From an uncultured delta proteobacterium (GTDB lineage Bacteria > Myxococcota_A > Polyangia > Polyangiales > B10-G4): 64,000 bases of DNA. Shown in pieces: positions 39,912-49,648 of the stretch. Position 1 is the stretch's first letter, and every line of letters begins with the position of its first letter. The stretch is taken from NCBI GenBank assembly GCA_963727445.1, contig CAVSGI010000020.1, positions 448,001-512,000 on the forward strand, read 5' to 3'. The position numbers and the translations under genes were made by a program. Below the pieces are notes generated by a model. That model saw only the letters and a list, made by a program, of their open reading frames with translations. It ran no database searches and was not told the DNA's origin.

Positions 39912-41042
39912 ATGCTGCGCGCGGTCGCGATCCTGGCCGTCAGCCTCGTGGCGTCGGCCTGCGGCTCCAAGACGGGGATCCTCTCGGTCGACACCGAGAT
40001 GGACTCGGCGGTGGTCGATGCGGTGCCGCCCGACGTCTTCGACACCTTCCCCTGCCGGTGGAGCTACGGGCAGCCGATCCTCCTCGGCACGCTGGGGGGT
40101 GACGAGGGCACGTGGACGAATCTCGACGGGGCCGTCCAGGGTGGCGCGGACACGGTGTGGGTCCATGCGAACGCGAGCAGTGGCCCGCGGCGCGTCGATC
40201 AACGTCTCTCGCTCAGCGATCCCCCGCGCATGCTCGACCCGCCCCCCGCCGACGTGCGCCACCCACACCTGCACGGGCTCGCCGACGGATGGGCGTCGCT
40301 CGCGGACGACTGCTCGGTGGGTTTCTTCGACGCGGATGGGCGCGCCCGACGGCTCGTGCTCCCGGCGAGCTTCGACCCTCCGTGTGTGTTGTCGAACCTG
40401 AGCGCCGACTTCATCGACGTGACCTTCGGCGGCGCGACCACGACGGTGGAGAGACACGACGGCGGCGGGGGTTTGGTCTTCTCCGAGAGCATCGGCTCCC
40501 TCGGTTTGCCCAGCCCCTCCGTCGTGTCGTCCGATGGTCGCTTCCTCATCGCCTTCGGCAGCGTGCCCGATGGCAACTTTCTCCATCTGGTGTCGTTCGA
40601 TACCCGGACCCGGCGTCAGACTGAGGCCGAGGTGATGACCAGTGTCGATGCACCCCGGGCCTCGACCGCGCTGGACCGACTCCGCGCCGCCGCCCTCTTC
40701 CTCATAGAAGATGGAGCGGGCGCCAATCTGTTTCGGGTTGGCTTCGATCCCGCTGACTTCTCCCCCGAGGTCTTCGCCAGAGCGTCGGCACCGCCGATCG
40801 GCATGACTGGCGCGCTGGTCACGAACGAAACCGAGGCGCTGATGGCCCTCGAAGGCGGCGTGATCGCCATTCAGCCCCTGAGCGGATCGGCCATGCGCTC
40901 CCTCGATCCACCCGCTCCGGGGATCACCGACATGCGCATCCTGCTCTCCCCCGGCGAGAGCCGCGGCGGCGTGCTCTACAGCTACGTCGACCCGGACGCC
41001 GCGACGGCCCTCGAGTTCCGCATGCTCGTTTGCAATCGGTAG
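39912..41042 (+). CDS. Hypothetical lipoprotein
   Basis: MLRAVAILAVSLVASACGSKTGI; beta-rich body. Confidence 0.75.
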   Translation: MLRAVAILAVSLVASACGSKTGILSVDTEMDSAVVDAVPPDVFDTFPCRWSYGQPILLGTLGGDEGTWTNLDGAVQGGADTVWVHANASSGPRRVDQRLSLSDPPRMLDPPPADVRHPHLHGLADGWASLADDCSVGFFDADGRARRLVLPASFDPPCVLSNLSADFIDVTFGGATTTVERHDGGGGLVFSESIGSLGLPSPSVVSSDGRFLIAFGSVPDGNFLHLVSFDTRTRRQTEAEVMTSVDAPRASTALDRLRAAALFLIEDGAGANLFRVGFDPADFSPEVFARASAPPIGMTGALVTNETEALMALEGGVIAIQPLSGSAMRSLDPPAPGITDMRILLSPGESRGGVLYSYVDPDAATALEFRMLVCNR

Positions 41043-41086
41043 GTGTGCCCCCGCGCCCTCGACCCAACACCTTTTCTGTTTGATCA

Positions 41087-41115
41087 TCAATAATGAATGA
41101 GGTATTCATTATTGA
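41087..41115. promoter_or_regulatory. Palindromic operator, probably bound by the adjacent TetR
   Basis: TCAATAATGAAT-gaggt-ATTCATTATTGA: perfect 12-bp arms, AT-rich, 4 nt before the tetR start. Confidence 0.85.
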
Positions 41116-41119
41116 CGAC

Positions 41120-41737
41120 GTGCCTCAAGTGCTCAAAGAAGAGGTCCAGGAGCGGATCGAGGAGGCCGCGGAGCGGGTCTTCGCGCGCCATGGGTATCGG
41201 GGGGCGAAGATGTCCGAGATCGCCGCCGAGGCGGGGCTCTCCACTGGGAACCTCTATCGGTATTTTGGCAGCAAGGAGGCGCTCTTCGAAACGGTGATCG
41301 ACGAGGGGTTCGTCGAGACCTTCGAGCGACTCCTGGACGAACGCGTTCGGGCGCTGGCGTCCACCGAGCTGACGGCTCCGGGATCGGAGGCCCGCGATGC
41401 GGCCGAGACGATGTTGCGGTTTTGGATGGCACACCGACTGCGGGTGGTGATCCTCCTCGATCGCGCGGAGGGCTCCGCTCACGCGGACTTCGGTGACGCA
41501 TTCGTCGAGCGACTGGTCGGGCAGACCACGAAGGAGCTCCGACGGGAGCTGGGGAAACGGCGCCTGCCTCTCGTCGTGCACTCCACGCTCGAAGACGTCT
41601 TTCAGAGCTCGCGGCGCGCGGTGGTGTCGATCCTGGAGACCTACGAGCGGGAGACCGAGATCCGCACGGCCTTCGCAGCCTTCTGGGCATTTCAGCTCGC
41701 TGGCTTGGAAGGCTTCAGGCGATGGGTGACGAGATGA
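41120..41737 (+). CDS. TetR/AcrR family regulator
   Basis: AAERVFARHGY..SEIAAEAGLSTGNLYRYFGSKEALF; GTG 41120 preferred over ATG 41093, which lies inside the operator. Confidence 0.93.
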   Translation: MPQVLKEEVQERIEEAAERVFARHGYRGAKMSEIAAEAGLSTGNLYRYFGSKEALFETVIDEGFVETFERLLDERVRALASTELTAPGSEARDAAETMLRFWMAHRLRVVILLDRAEGSAHADFGDAFVERLVGQTTKELRRELGKRRLPLVVHSTLEDVFQSSRRAVVSILETYERETEIRTAFAAFWAFQLAGLEGFRRWVTR

Positions 41738-43125
41738 AAGACGACCTCTGGAAGCTGGATGGAGTCGCGCAGGCGGAGCTGGTGGCGAACGGCGAGGTCC
41801 GCCCGCGCGAGCTGGTCGAGATGGCGCTCACGCGGATCGACGCCCTGAACCATGAGCTCGGGGCGGTCGTCGGTCTCGATCGCGAGCTGGCCCTCGCCCG
41901 CGCCGAGGGAGACCTCGAGGGCCCATTCGCGGGGGTGCCCTTCCTGGTGAAGGACGTGCTCCCCTATCCCGGGTTTCGCTGCGCCTTCGGGTCGCGTCTC
42001 TTCGCCCAGAACGTGGCGCGGGACCACACGCCTTACACCGCGGCGATCGAAGCGGCGGGACTGGTGCCCATCGGGAAGTCGGCCACTTCCGAGTTCGGCC
42101 TCCTCGGCAGCACGGAGACGGCGCTCGAGGGCGTGACCCACAATCCCCACCGGCTCACCCATTCCGCTGGCGGTTCCTCCGGGGGCGCCGCAGCCGCGGT
42201 CGCAGCCGGTCTCGTCCCCTTTGCTCACGCCAACGACGCGGGAGGCTCGATCCGACTGCCAGCGGCCCTGTGTGGCCTCTTTGGATTCAAGCCGAGCGCC
42301 GGACGCACCCTCCCCGGGGTGGCGGTGAAGAACGATTTCGTCGACCTGACCAACGATCACTGCATCAGTCGCTCGGTGAGGGACAGCGCCCGCTTCCTCG
42401 CGGCGACGGAGGATCCGGCAGCCAGGGAGTGCGTTGGGTTCGTATCCGAACCGCTTACCCGCTCCCTCCGCGTCGGGGTCTACACCACCTCGTTGCTCGG
42501 AGCCGCGGCGCCAAAGAGCGGGGCCGCGGCCGTCGAGCGCGCCGCGGGGCTGTGTTCGGAGCTCGGACACGTGGTTCGCACCGTCGATCCACCGCCGGTG
42601 GATGGAGAAGCGCTTTCGAAGGCATTCTTCACGGTCGCGGGCTCGGCCATCGCGAGCGTCCTCGACATGGTCAGCGGGATGACGGGACAGCCGTTACCCG
42701 ACGGCGCAGTCGAGCCGTTCACCTCCGAGCTCGTCGCCTGGTATCGACAGCTCCCGGCGGGCGCGGTGGCCGAGGCGCGAAAGACCTTCGAAGAGGCCGC
42801 GTCCACGATGCGCACGTTCCTCTCGGAGCACGACGCGGTCCTCTGTCCCACCCTCGGAGTCGAGCCGCCGGAGATCGGCTTCCTCTCCCCGAACCTGCCG
42901 CGCCAGGAGCTTCTTCGACGCACCGAACGGCTCGCTGGCTACACCCCCATCCACAACATCGCCGGAGCGCCGGCCATGTCCGTCCCGCTTCACGTGACGG
43001 AAGACGGACTACCGGTCGGCGCCCACTTCGCCGCGCGCCCGGGGCAGGACGCGCTCCTCCTCGCGCTCGCGTACCAGCTCGAGGAAGCAGCACCCTGGCG
43101 CGACCGTTGGCCCGTGGGTGCGTGA
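41734..43125 (+). CDS. Amidase signature family enzyme
   Basis: GVPFLVKD, GGSSGGAAAAVAAG, NDAGGSIRLPA, GLFGFKPS; ATGA overlap with tetR. Confidence 0.95.
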   Translation: MKDDLWKLDGVAQAELVANGEVRPRELVEMALTRIDALNHELGAVVGLDRELALARAEGDLEGPFAGVPFLVKDVLPYPGFRCAFGSRLFAQNVARDHTPYTAAIEAAGLVPIGKSATSEFGLLGSTETALEGVTHNPHRLTHSAGGSSGGAAAAVAAGLVPFAHANDAGGSIRLPAALCGLFGFKPSAGRTLPGVAVKNDFVDLTNDHCISRSVRDSARFLAATEDPAARECVGFVSEPLTRSLRVGVYTTSLLGAAAPKSGAAAVERAAGLCSELGHVVRTVDPPPVDGEALSKAFFTVAGSAIASVLDMVSGMTGQPLPDGAVEPFTSELVAWYRQLPAGAVAEARKTFEEAASTMRTFLSEHDAVLCPTLGVEPPEIGFLSPNLPRQELLRRTERLAGYTPIHNIAGAPAMSVPLHVTEDGLPVGAHFAARPGQDALLLALAYQLEEAAPWRDRWPVGA

Positions 43126-43255
43126 AAGCTCGGAGCTCGCCCGCCGCATCGTCCAGTTGGCGACGACGAAGGTGACATCCACGGCGAGCTCTGTCGTAGG
43201 CGGCGCCATCGCTCTTGACCCTGCGGCGGGCTGATAGGATCGTCGCCGCCGCAAG

Positions 43256-44968
43256 ATGGTCTCTCCCGCCGAGCTCAATCTCATCGAAGTCTTCAGAGGC
43301 GTCACGCCGACCAATTGCGAACGGTTCTGCCGCAAGGTTGCCGACATCTCGGTTCAGCCGGGGGAGTACGTCGTTCGCGAGGGCGAGCCGCGTGCCCTGT
43401 ACGGGATCCTCGAGGGTGCCTTCGAGGTCGTGAAGGTCGTCGAAGGGTCCGAGCGCGTCTTCGGTCGAAGGAGCGCGGGCCAGCTCTTCGGCGAGCTGAC
43501 GGTGGTCTTCGGTATGCCGCAGGCCGCTGACCTGCGGGCGGTCGAGCCTTCCCGCATCGTTCGTATCGAGCCTCATGACTACTACGCGCTCGCCGCGGAC
43601 GTCCCCGAGCTCGCTGAGCGCGTCGGCAAGCGGGCCGCCTACCGCATGGGCGGCCCCGGTGGAGTACAGGCGCTCTTGTCGCGCATGGATCCGGTGCGGG
43701 CGGTGGTGCTCGGTGGACGCCATGATGCGGCGTGCGCGGAGCTGCGCCGCTTCCTCGACCGTAACGAGATCCGCTTCGAGTGGCTCGACCCCGAAGTGCC
43801 CGCTGACCTGGCGAAGTGGTCGGGCACGCCGTCCATGTCGGAGGACTACCCTGTGCTGCGCGTCGTCGATGGAAAGACCGTCGCGCGCCCCACGCTGCGA
43901 CGCGCCGCGGAGCTGCTGGGGCTCTCCACGGAGCCCGCCGCCGCCGAGTACGACACCGTGGTCATCGGGGCGGGCCCGGCGGGGCTGGCAGCCGCGGTGT
44001 ACGGGGCTTCGGAGGGCCTCTCCACACTCGTCATCGAGCGCGAAGCACCCGGGGGGCAGGCGGGCACCTCGTCGCGCATCGAAAACTACCTCGGCTTCCC
44101 ATCGGGCGTGTCGGGTGGCGAGCTGTCGAGCCGGGCGCTTCGTCAGGCCCACCGCCTGGGCGCAGAGATCCTCGTGACCCGGGCGGTCGATCGCATCCGT
44201 GCCGACGGATTCTACGTGTACCTCGACGGCGGCGACGTGCTGCGCACGCGCAGCATCATTCTCGCCTGCGGCGTCAGCTGGCGACACCTCGCGATCGAAG
44301 GCTTCGACCGCCTCATCGGCAAGGGCATCTTCTATGGCGCCGCGCGCAGCGAGGCCTCGAACACGCACGGGCTGGACATCCACATCATCGGCGCCGGCAA
44401 CTCCGCCGGACAGGCCGCGATGTTCTTCTCCACCTACGCGCAGAGCGTCACGATCCTCTGCCGCGGCGACTCGCTCGGCAAGAGCATGTCGCAATACCTC
44501 GTCGACCAGCTCGCGACGCGCCCCAACATCCACGTCCTCTTCCGCACCCAGGCGACGGCCGCCCATGGCGGGAGCGCGCTCGAGGCGCTCGACATCCGCA
44601 ACGACGAGACCGGTGAGACCACCCGCGAGGCCTGCGGAGGCCTCTTCATCTTCATCGGCGCCGACGCGGAGACCGGGTGGCTGCCGCCGGAGATCGCGCT
44701 CGACGCGAAGGGCTACGTGCTGACGGGACACGATGTCCGGAATGCGGGCCATTGGTCACAATCGCGCGATCCCTACCTGCTCGAGACCAGCGTGCCCGGC
44801 ATCTTTGCCTGCGGCGACGTCCGCTGCTCGCCCGTCAAGCGCGTCGCCGCCGCTGTCGGCGAGGGCAGCATGGCGATCGCCTTCGTGCACCAGTATCTGA
44901 GCGAGCAGGCGGGGAGATCGGGAGATCCGAACCAGGTCGACCGGGCGGGGAGATCCGAACCAGGTTGA
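43256..44968 (+). CDS. cNMP-binding domain plus thioredoxin-reductase-like flavoprotein (no CxxC)
   Basis: N-terminal cNMP (GQLFGEL); IGAGPAGL, IENYLGFP, GAGNSAGQ, TSVPGIFACGDVR, AVGEG; GIFYGAA occupies the CxxC position. Confidence 0.92.
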   Translation: MVSPAELNLIEVFRGVTPTNCERFCRKVADISVQPGEYVVREGEPRALYGILEGAFEVVKVVEGSERVFGRRSAGQLFGELTVVFGMPQAADLRAVEPSRIVRIEPHDYYALAADVPELAERVGKRAAYRMGGPGGVQALLSRMDPVRAVVLGGRHDAACAELRRFLDRNEIRFEWLDPEVPADLAKWSGTPSMSEDYPVLRVVDGKTVARPTLRRAAELLGLSTEPAAAEYDTVVIGAGPAGLAAAVYGASEGLSTLVIEREAPGGQAGTSSRIENYLGFPSGVSGGELSSRALRQAHRLGAEILVTRAVDRIRADGFYVYLDGGDVLRTRSIILACGVSWRHLAIEGFDRLIGKGIFYGAARSEASNTHGLDIHIIGAGNSAGQAAMFFSTYAQSVTILCRGDSLGKSMSQYLVDQLATRPNIHVLFRTQATAAHGGSALEALDIRNDETGETTREACGGLFIFIGADAETGWLPPEIALDAKGYVLTGHDVRNAGHWSQSRDPYLLETSVPGIFACGDVRCSPVKRVAAAVGEGSMAIAFVHQYLSEQAGRSGDPNQVDRAGRSEPG

Positions 44969-44978
44969 CTGGCGGGGA
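44908..44978. repeat. Short imperfect tandem repeat (~28 bp x2 plus partial copies) across the stop codon
   Basis: GGGAGATCCGAACCAGGTCGACCGGGCG (44920-44947) and GGGAGATCCGAACCAGGTTGACTGGCG (44948-44974). Confidence 0.8.
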
Positions 44979-45124
44979 CGGTGTAGGCGACCCGTCGACG
45001 ATCGGGTCCATGCGCACGAGCTCGACCGCCGAACACTCCGGCGTGAGCAGAAAGTGGCGTTGTGTACCGCCCCTGGCGCTCCGCAACATGGGCCGGCTCA
45101 GCGCAGCGTGATACGATCTCCGCG

Positions 45125-45781
45125 GTGCGCAGCGTGATCTTGCTGTTCATGGTCGTCAGTCTGCTCGTTGGATGCGGCAGGCTCGGCTTCGACGACGCTG
45201 CCCTCGCCGCGGGCGACTCCAGCGTTCCAGGCGACAGCGGTTCGGACACCGGCCGAGACACCGGGGTGATGGCGGATGCGTCGGGCGGCCCGGACACCAG
45301 CATGCCGGACGGGAGCTCCACGCCGGACGCGGACGCATCCGCCGATGCCTCGGAGATGACCGACACAGGCCCCGTGGACAGTGGCGCTACGGCGAGCCGG
45401 GCTGCGTGCTGCACGGCTTGGTGTCAGGACGCCGATCGTTTCGGTGGAAGCACCGTGGCGAGCGAGGCGTACACCGCGTCAAGGACGGGTTGCACGTCGT
45501 CCACCGGCTGCACTTGCGCCGTGTCGGCCGCGATCGCCACCACCTGGACCGTCATCACGGGTGACATCTGCGATGCCCACGACTTCGCGATGAGCTGCCC
45601 GGGCACTTGCGACGGGTCACAGTGCAACGAGGTGGAGATCTCCGGGCGATTCGTCTCCTCCTCGGAGGAGTGCGTCTGCGTGGGACGCGACATCGTCTCC
45701 GGGCTCACCCAGGACGTGTGGAGCTCCCAATGCGTCGAGAACAGCAGCGCAACCCCGTTCGAGAGCGCCTGTCCGCCTTGA
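45125..45781 (+). CDS. Cys-rich lipoprotein
   Basis: GTG start; ILLFMVVSLLVGCGRLGFD; D/S/G linker; Cys-rich C-terminal domain. Confidence 0.75.
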   Translation: MRSVILLFMVVSLLVGCGRLGFDDAALAAGDSSVPGDSGSDTGRDTGVMADASGGPDTSMPDGSSTPDADASADASEMTDTGPVDSGATASRAACCTAWCQDADRFGGSTVASEAYTASRTGCTSSTGCTCAVSAAIATTWTVITGDICDAHDFAMSCPGTCDGSQCNEVEISGRFVSSSEECVCVGRDIVSGLTQDVWSSQCVENSSATPFESACPP

Positions 45782-45872
45782 CTGACGACTCTCTGACTGA
45801 GGAACCGGATGACAGCCCGTCAGCGCGTCGACCTCGGACACGCGCGCTCGGCGATCGCGCTAGAATGTCGAT

Positions 45873-47189
45873 ATGTCCGCCGTCCGATGGCTTTGCGTCT
45901 CGACCTTGCTCCTACCGGGATGCGGCCTCCTCCTGGACCCCGACTTCGCGTCTCCCGATGCGGCGATGCCGACCCGTGACGCGAGCATGTCGGACGGCAT
46001 CGTCGTCGTAGACGCGGACGTCGACGCAAACGTCGACGCGAACGTCGATGCTGGGCCGGTGGATTGCCCGGTGGACCCCGTCGCCATCGTCCCCAGCAAC
46101 GTGTCGGGTCTCGTCATCGACGAGGGCACCATCGACCTCGCGCTCGGCCCGGGGACATACACGGCGACTCTCACGGGGGAGGGCATCACCATCGAGGCCG
46201 AAGCGGGCGAGGTCGTCACCTTCGACGCGAGCACGGACATCACGGCCGCCTACGCCGTCGTTCCGCTTCATTCCCTTCAGCTCGCGGCTGGCGCGACGCT
46301 CCGCTTCAAGGAGGATCGGCCCGTCGTGTTGTTGGTCGCGACCACGGCGAACATCGACGGGACGATCCCGGTGGCGGCGACGGCGGATCAGCCCGGTCCG
46401 GGCGGTTTCGCCGGGGCCTTCGCCGGCGTGCTCCCACCACCCGGCATGGGCCCAGGCGGGGGAGGCTCCTCTGAGACCGAGGAGGCGGGGACCGACGGTG
46501 GCGGCGGAGGTGGTGGCTCCGGCAGCCAAGGTTGCGCCGGCGGCGGGGGAGCCTCGGCCGGCGGCGGTGGGCTCGGCTACACGACTCCCGAGCTCGTCCC
46601 GCTCATCGGTGGCGCGGGTGGAGGCGCGGGAGGTCTACCGGGCGGCGACGGTGGACAGGGCGGTGGTGCACTACAGATCACGGCCGGTGCGTGCATCCGT
46701 GTGGGGGGAACGATCGACGCGAGCGGCAGTGGAGGCCTCGGCGGCAGGACGAGCAACCCCAACTCGGGGGGTGGCGGCGGAGGCGGCGGCGCAGGAGGCG
46801 CGATCCTTCTGGAAGCAGCGCGCGTCGTCATCGCCGCGGGCGCCTGCGTCGGGGCAAACGGCGGCGCCGGCGGCCAGGGCTCGCCCGACGCATTCACCGA
46901 AGGGGTCGACGGCGAGGCGGGATCCGCCTGCATGGCCCCGGTCCACGGTCCGGTGGCGGACCTTCAGGGTGGAGCCGGCGGCGATGGATCCGATGCCAGC
47001 GGCGCCTGCAGCGCGGGCGGCGTCGGCGCCCCGATCGATATGACCCTGCCGTACATCGAAGGGGGCGGCGGGGGTGGCGGCGCCGGCCGCATCCGGATCA
47101 ACACGCTAAGCGGGACGGAGCCTTTCGACGGAGTGCTCCCCGCGTTTTCATCGGACCTCGCGACCGTCGGCTCGATAGCCGTGAGATAG
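45873..47189 (+). CDS. Glycine-rich surface lipoprotein
   Basis: Lipobox LPGC; GGGGGALQI, GGGGGAGGAILLEA, GGGGGAGRIRI motifs. Confidence 0.8.
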   Translation: MSAVRWLCVSTLLLPGCGLLLDPDFASPDAAMPTRDASMSDGIVVVDADVDANVDANVDAGPVDCPVDPVAIVPSNVSGLVIDEGTIDLALGPGTYTATLTGEGITIEAEAGEVVTFDASTDITAAYAVVPLHSLQLAAGATLRFKEDRPVVLLVATTANIDGTIPVAATADQPGPGGFAGAFAGVLPPPGMGPGGGGSSETEEAGTDGGGGGGGSGSQGCAGGGGASAGGGGLGYTTPELVPLIGGAGGGAGGLPGGDGGQGGGALQITAGACIRVGGTIDASGSGGLGGRTSNPNSGGGGGGGGAGGAILLEAARVVIAAGACVGANGGAGGQGSPDAFTEGVDGEAGSACMAPVHGPVADLQGGAGGDGSDASGACSAGGVGAPIDMTLPYIEGGGGGGGAGRIRINTLSGTEPFDGVLPAFSSDLATVGSIAVR

Positions 47190-47201
47190 TGGCCTGAGCG
47201 C

Positions 47202-49502
47202 ATGCGGCTATCGGTCATCGTCAGCAGCGTCCTCCTGGTGACACTCCCGGTTTCCTGCGGGGGGGACGACGGCGACAAGGACGGTGGCCTCGAGGACGCC
47301 ACTGCGCGAGACTCCGAAGTCGTCGCCGACGGGGCGCCTGACGGAGGGCTCGATGGCTCGGTCGACGCCGGCCCGCCAGACGAGCGCTGGGGCGTGGTGA
47401 TCGCCGGCGCGGGCAGTGGGGGGATCGCGGCCGCGATACAGGCCGCGAGGATGGGCGTCCGCGTTCTGCTGCTCGAGCGGACGGACTACGTCGGTGGGCA
47501 GATGACGGCGGCGGGGGTGACCAGCATGGACGGTGGGAGGCGTCCGCCGGGCGGGACGGGTCTCTACCAGGAGCTCGAGGATCGCATCGGCGCGTACTAC
47601 GGCGACACGACGCGATTTCCGCCGTCGGGAAAGGCGATCGACACCTGCTACGGCGGCCCCGACGCGGTCTGCTTCGAGCCGCACGTCGGGCGGCAGATCC
47701 TCGAGGCCATGCTCGACGAGGCAGGCGTGACGCTTCGACTTCGCGCGCAGGTCGTGACCGTCACCCGTGCGGGCAATCGGGTGACCGGCGTCGTCACGGA
47801 CGATGGCACCGTCATCGAGAGTCACGTTTTGGTGGACGCCACCGAGCACGGCGACGTGATCCCCCTCGCGGGCGCCGCCTATCGCGTCGGCCGCTCGACG
47901 AGCGACGCGGTCGATGGCGCCGCATGTATCCAGGACATCACCTACCTCGCGGTGATCCGCGAGTATCCGGGCGCGGTGCCGCCGGAGCTGCGCATCGACA
48001 CGCCACCACCGGGCTACGACGACGCGCGCCGCGACGAGTTCGCTTCTCTGGTGGTAGACGAGCCCGGCGTCGTGCGCCTGCGCCCCGAGCCATCGACGTG
48101 GCTCTGGCATTCGACCTACCGCGGCATGCCCGATTCCACCAATCCCGTGAGCTACACGAACGCGCAGGCCGAGCTCATCACGCGCACCGGCGTGAACTAC
48201 GCGAACGACTATCCGGGCTACTACGTCGACACCAGCGGTGCCATGCCCCGGCCCACCTGGCGAGACACGCTGACCGTGGCCTACCTCGAGGACCCGGCGG
48301 AGCGCGCTCGCATCGACTGCGACGCGAAGCTGCGCACGATCCAGCTCCTGTACTACTTCCAGAACGAGCTCGGGAAGACGCAGTGGTCGGTCGCGAACGA
48401 CGAGGGTTACGACAGCGCCTGGAACGTCGAGGAGAACGACTGCGCGACGATCCCGGCGAGCCTCGACGCGATCGAGCGTCTGCTGCCGCCGATCCCGTAC
48501 GTGCGGGAGAGTCGGCGGATCGTGGCGATGCGGACGCTCACCGCGGCAGATCTGCGCCGGGCGGGCGGAGGCGCGCCGGCGGAGAGCGGCTTTTCGACGT
48601 CCATCGCCGTCGGCGACTACCCCTCCGACCTGCACAACTGCGGCAGCGTCGCGGACCTCGACCCGCGGCTCGGCGAAACCACCGAAGACACCGAGCTGGC
48701 AACGCACGGCGGCCCCTTCGAGGTTCCCTTCGAGACCCTCGTCCCCGAAACGGTGGACGGGCTCCTGGCCGCTGAGAAGAACATCGGCGTCTCGCGGCGC
48801 GCCAACGGTGCCATTCGCCTTCAACCGATCACCATGAACACCGGTCAAGCGGTTGGAGTCATCGCCGCGCTCGCGGTGGGCGGCTCCATCCAGCCGCGCG
48901 ACGTCGAGCCGGTCGCCGTGCAGGAGGTGCTGATCCGAGCGGGCGCCGCCATCTCGCGCCGACACTTCGATGACGTCCCGCTCGAGGACCCGCGCTGGGC
49001 GGACGTCCAGATGGCGTCGGCGCACGACGTGCTCATCGGCACCGGGCCATCGACCTTCGCGCCCGCGTCCACGCTGACCCGTGCGCAAGCGGCGATCTTG
49101 GTCGTCCGGCTCACCGCCATCCCGCTCGATCCCGTGCCGGCGGTGGCGACCTTCGACGACGTCCCCGTCGGGCATTTCGCGTTTGCATACGTCGAGGCGA
49201 TCGCTCGCGAAGGCATCACCAGCGGCTGCGGGGCGAGCCCACCGCTCTTCTGCCCGGATGCGCCGCTGACCCGCGCACACCTCGCGGTGTTCCTCGCCCG
49301 GGCGCTGAGCCTCGACCTGTCCTCCCCCCCGGCGACACCCACCTTCTCCGACGTCCCGGTGGACGCTTCGGGCTACGCCGCCATCGAGGCCATGGCCACG
49401 GCCGGGTTCATGCCGGGCTGCGCGCCCGCTGCCTTCTGCCCGGACGCTCCGGTCACGCGTGGCGAAGCGGCTGGTGTGATTCACGCCGTGCTTCTGCGCT
49501 GA
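47202..49502 (+). CDS. FAD-dependent oxidoreductase lipoprotein with three C-terminal SLH domains
   Basis: Lipobox PVSC; GAGSGGIAAAIQAAR, VDATEHGD, PYVRESRRI, RLQPITMNTGQA; FDDVP..TRAQAA / FDDVP..TRAHLA / FSDVP..TRGEAA. Confidence 0.88.
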   Translation: MRLSVIVSSVLLVTLPVSCGGDDGDKDGGLEDATARDSEVVADGAPDGGLDGSVDAGPPDERWGVVIAGAGSGGIAAAIQAARMGVRVLLLERTDYVGGQMTAAGVTSMDGGRRPPGGTGLYQELEDRIGAYYGDTTRFPPSGKAIDTCYGGPDAVCFEPHVGRQILEAMLDEAGVTLRLRAQVVTVTRAGNRVTGVVTDDGTVIESHVLVDATEHGDVIPLAGAAYRVGRSTSDAVDGAACIQDITYLAVIREYPGAVPPELRIDTPPPGYDDARRDEFASLVVDEPGVVRLRPEPSTWLWHSTYRGMPDSTNPVSYTNAQAELITRTGVNYANDYPGYYVDTSGAMPRPTWRDTLTVAYLEDPAERARIDCDAKLRTIQLLYYFQNELGKTQWSVANDEGYDSAWNVEENDCATIPASLDAIERLLPPIPYVRESRRIVAMRTLTAADLRRAGGGAPAESGFSTSIAVGDYPSDLHNCGSVADLDPRLGETTEDTELATHGGPFEVPFETLVPETVDGLLAAEKNIGVSRRANGAIRLQPITMNTGQAVGVIAALAVGGSIQPRDVEPVAVQEVLIRAGAAISRRHFDDVPLEDPRWADVQMASAHDVLIGTGPSTFAPASTLTRAQAAILVVRLTAIPLDPVPAVATFDDVPVGHFAFAYVEAIAREGITSGCGASPPLFCPDAPLTRAHLAVFLARALSLDLSSPPATPTFSDVPVDASGYAAIEAMATAGFMPGCAPAAFCPDAPVTRGEAAGVIHAVLLR

Positions 49503-49648
49503 GCTCTACGCGAACGATGCTCCTGTCGTTTTCGCATTTCCGCCCCGAGGCAAAGCGCCCCGGTCGGTACGAAGTCGCCACATGTGCCGTCGAAAAGCCG
49601 GGCTGTTTCGGGGCACACATCGTGCTCCTCGGGACCGGAGGAGGTGAC

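Noticed and set aside
44908..44978. Mini-CRISPR
   Set aside because: Copies are directly adjacent with no spacers.
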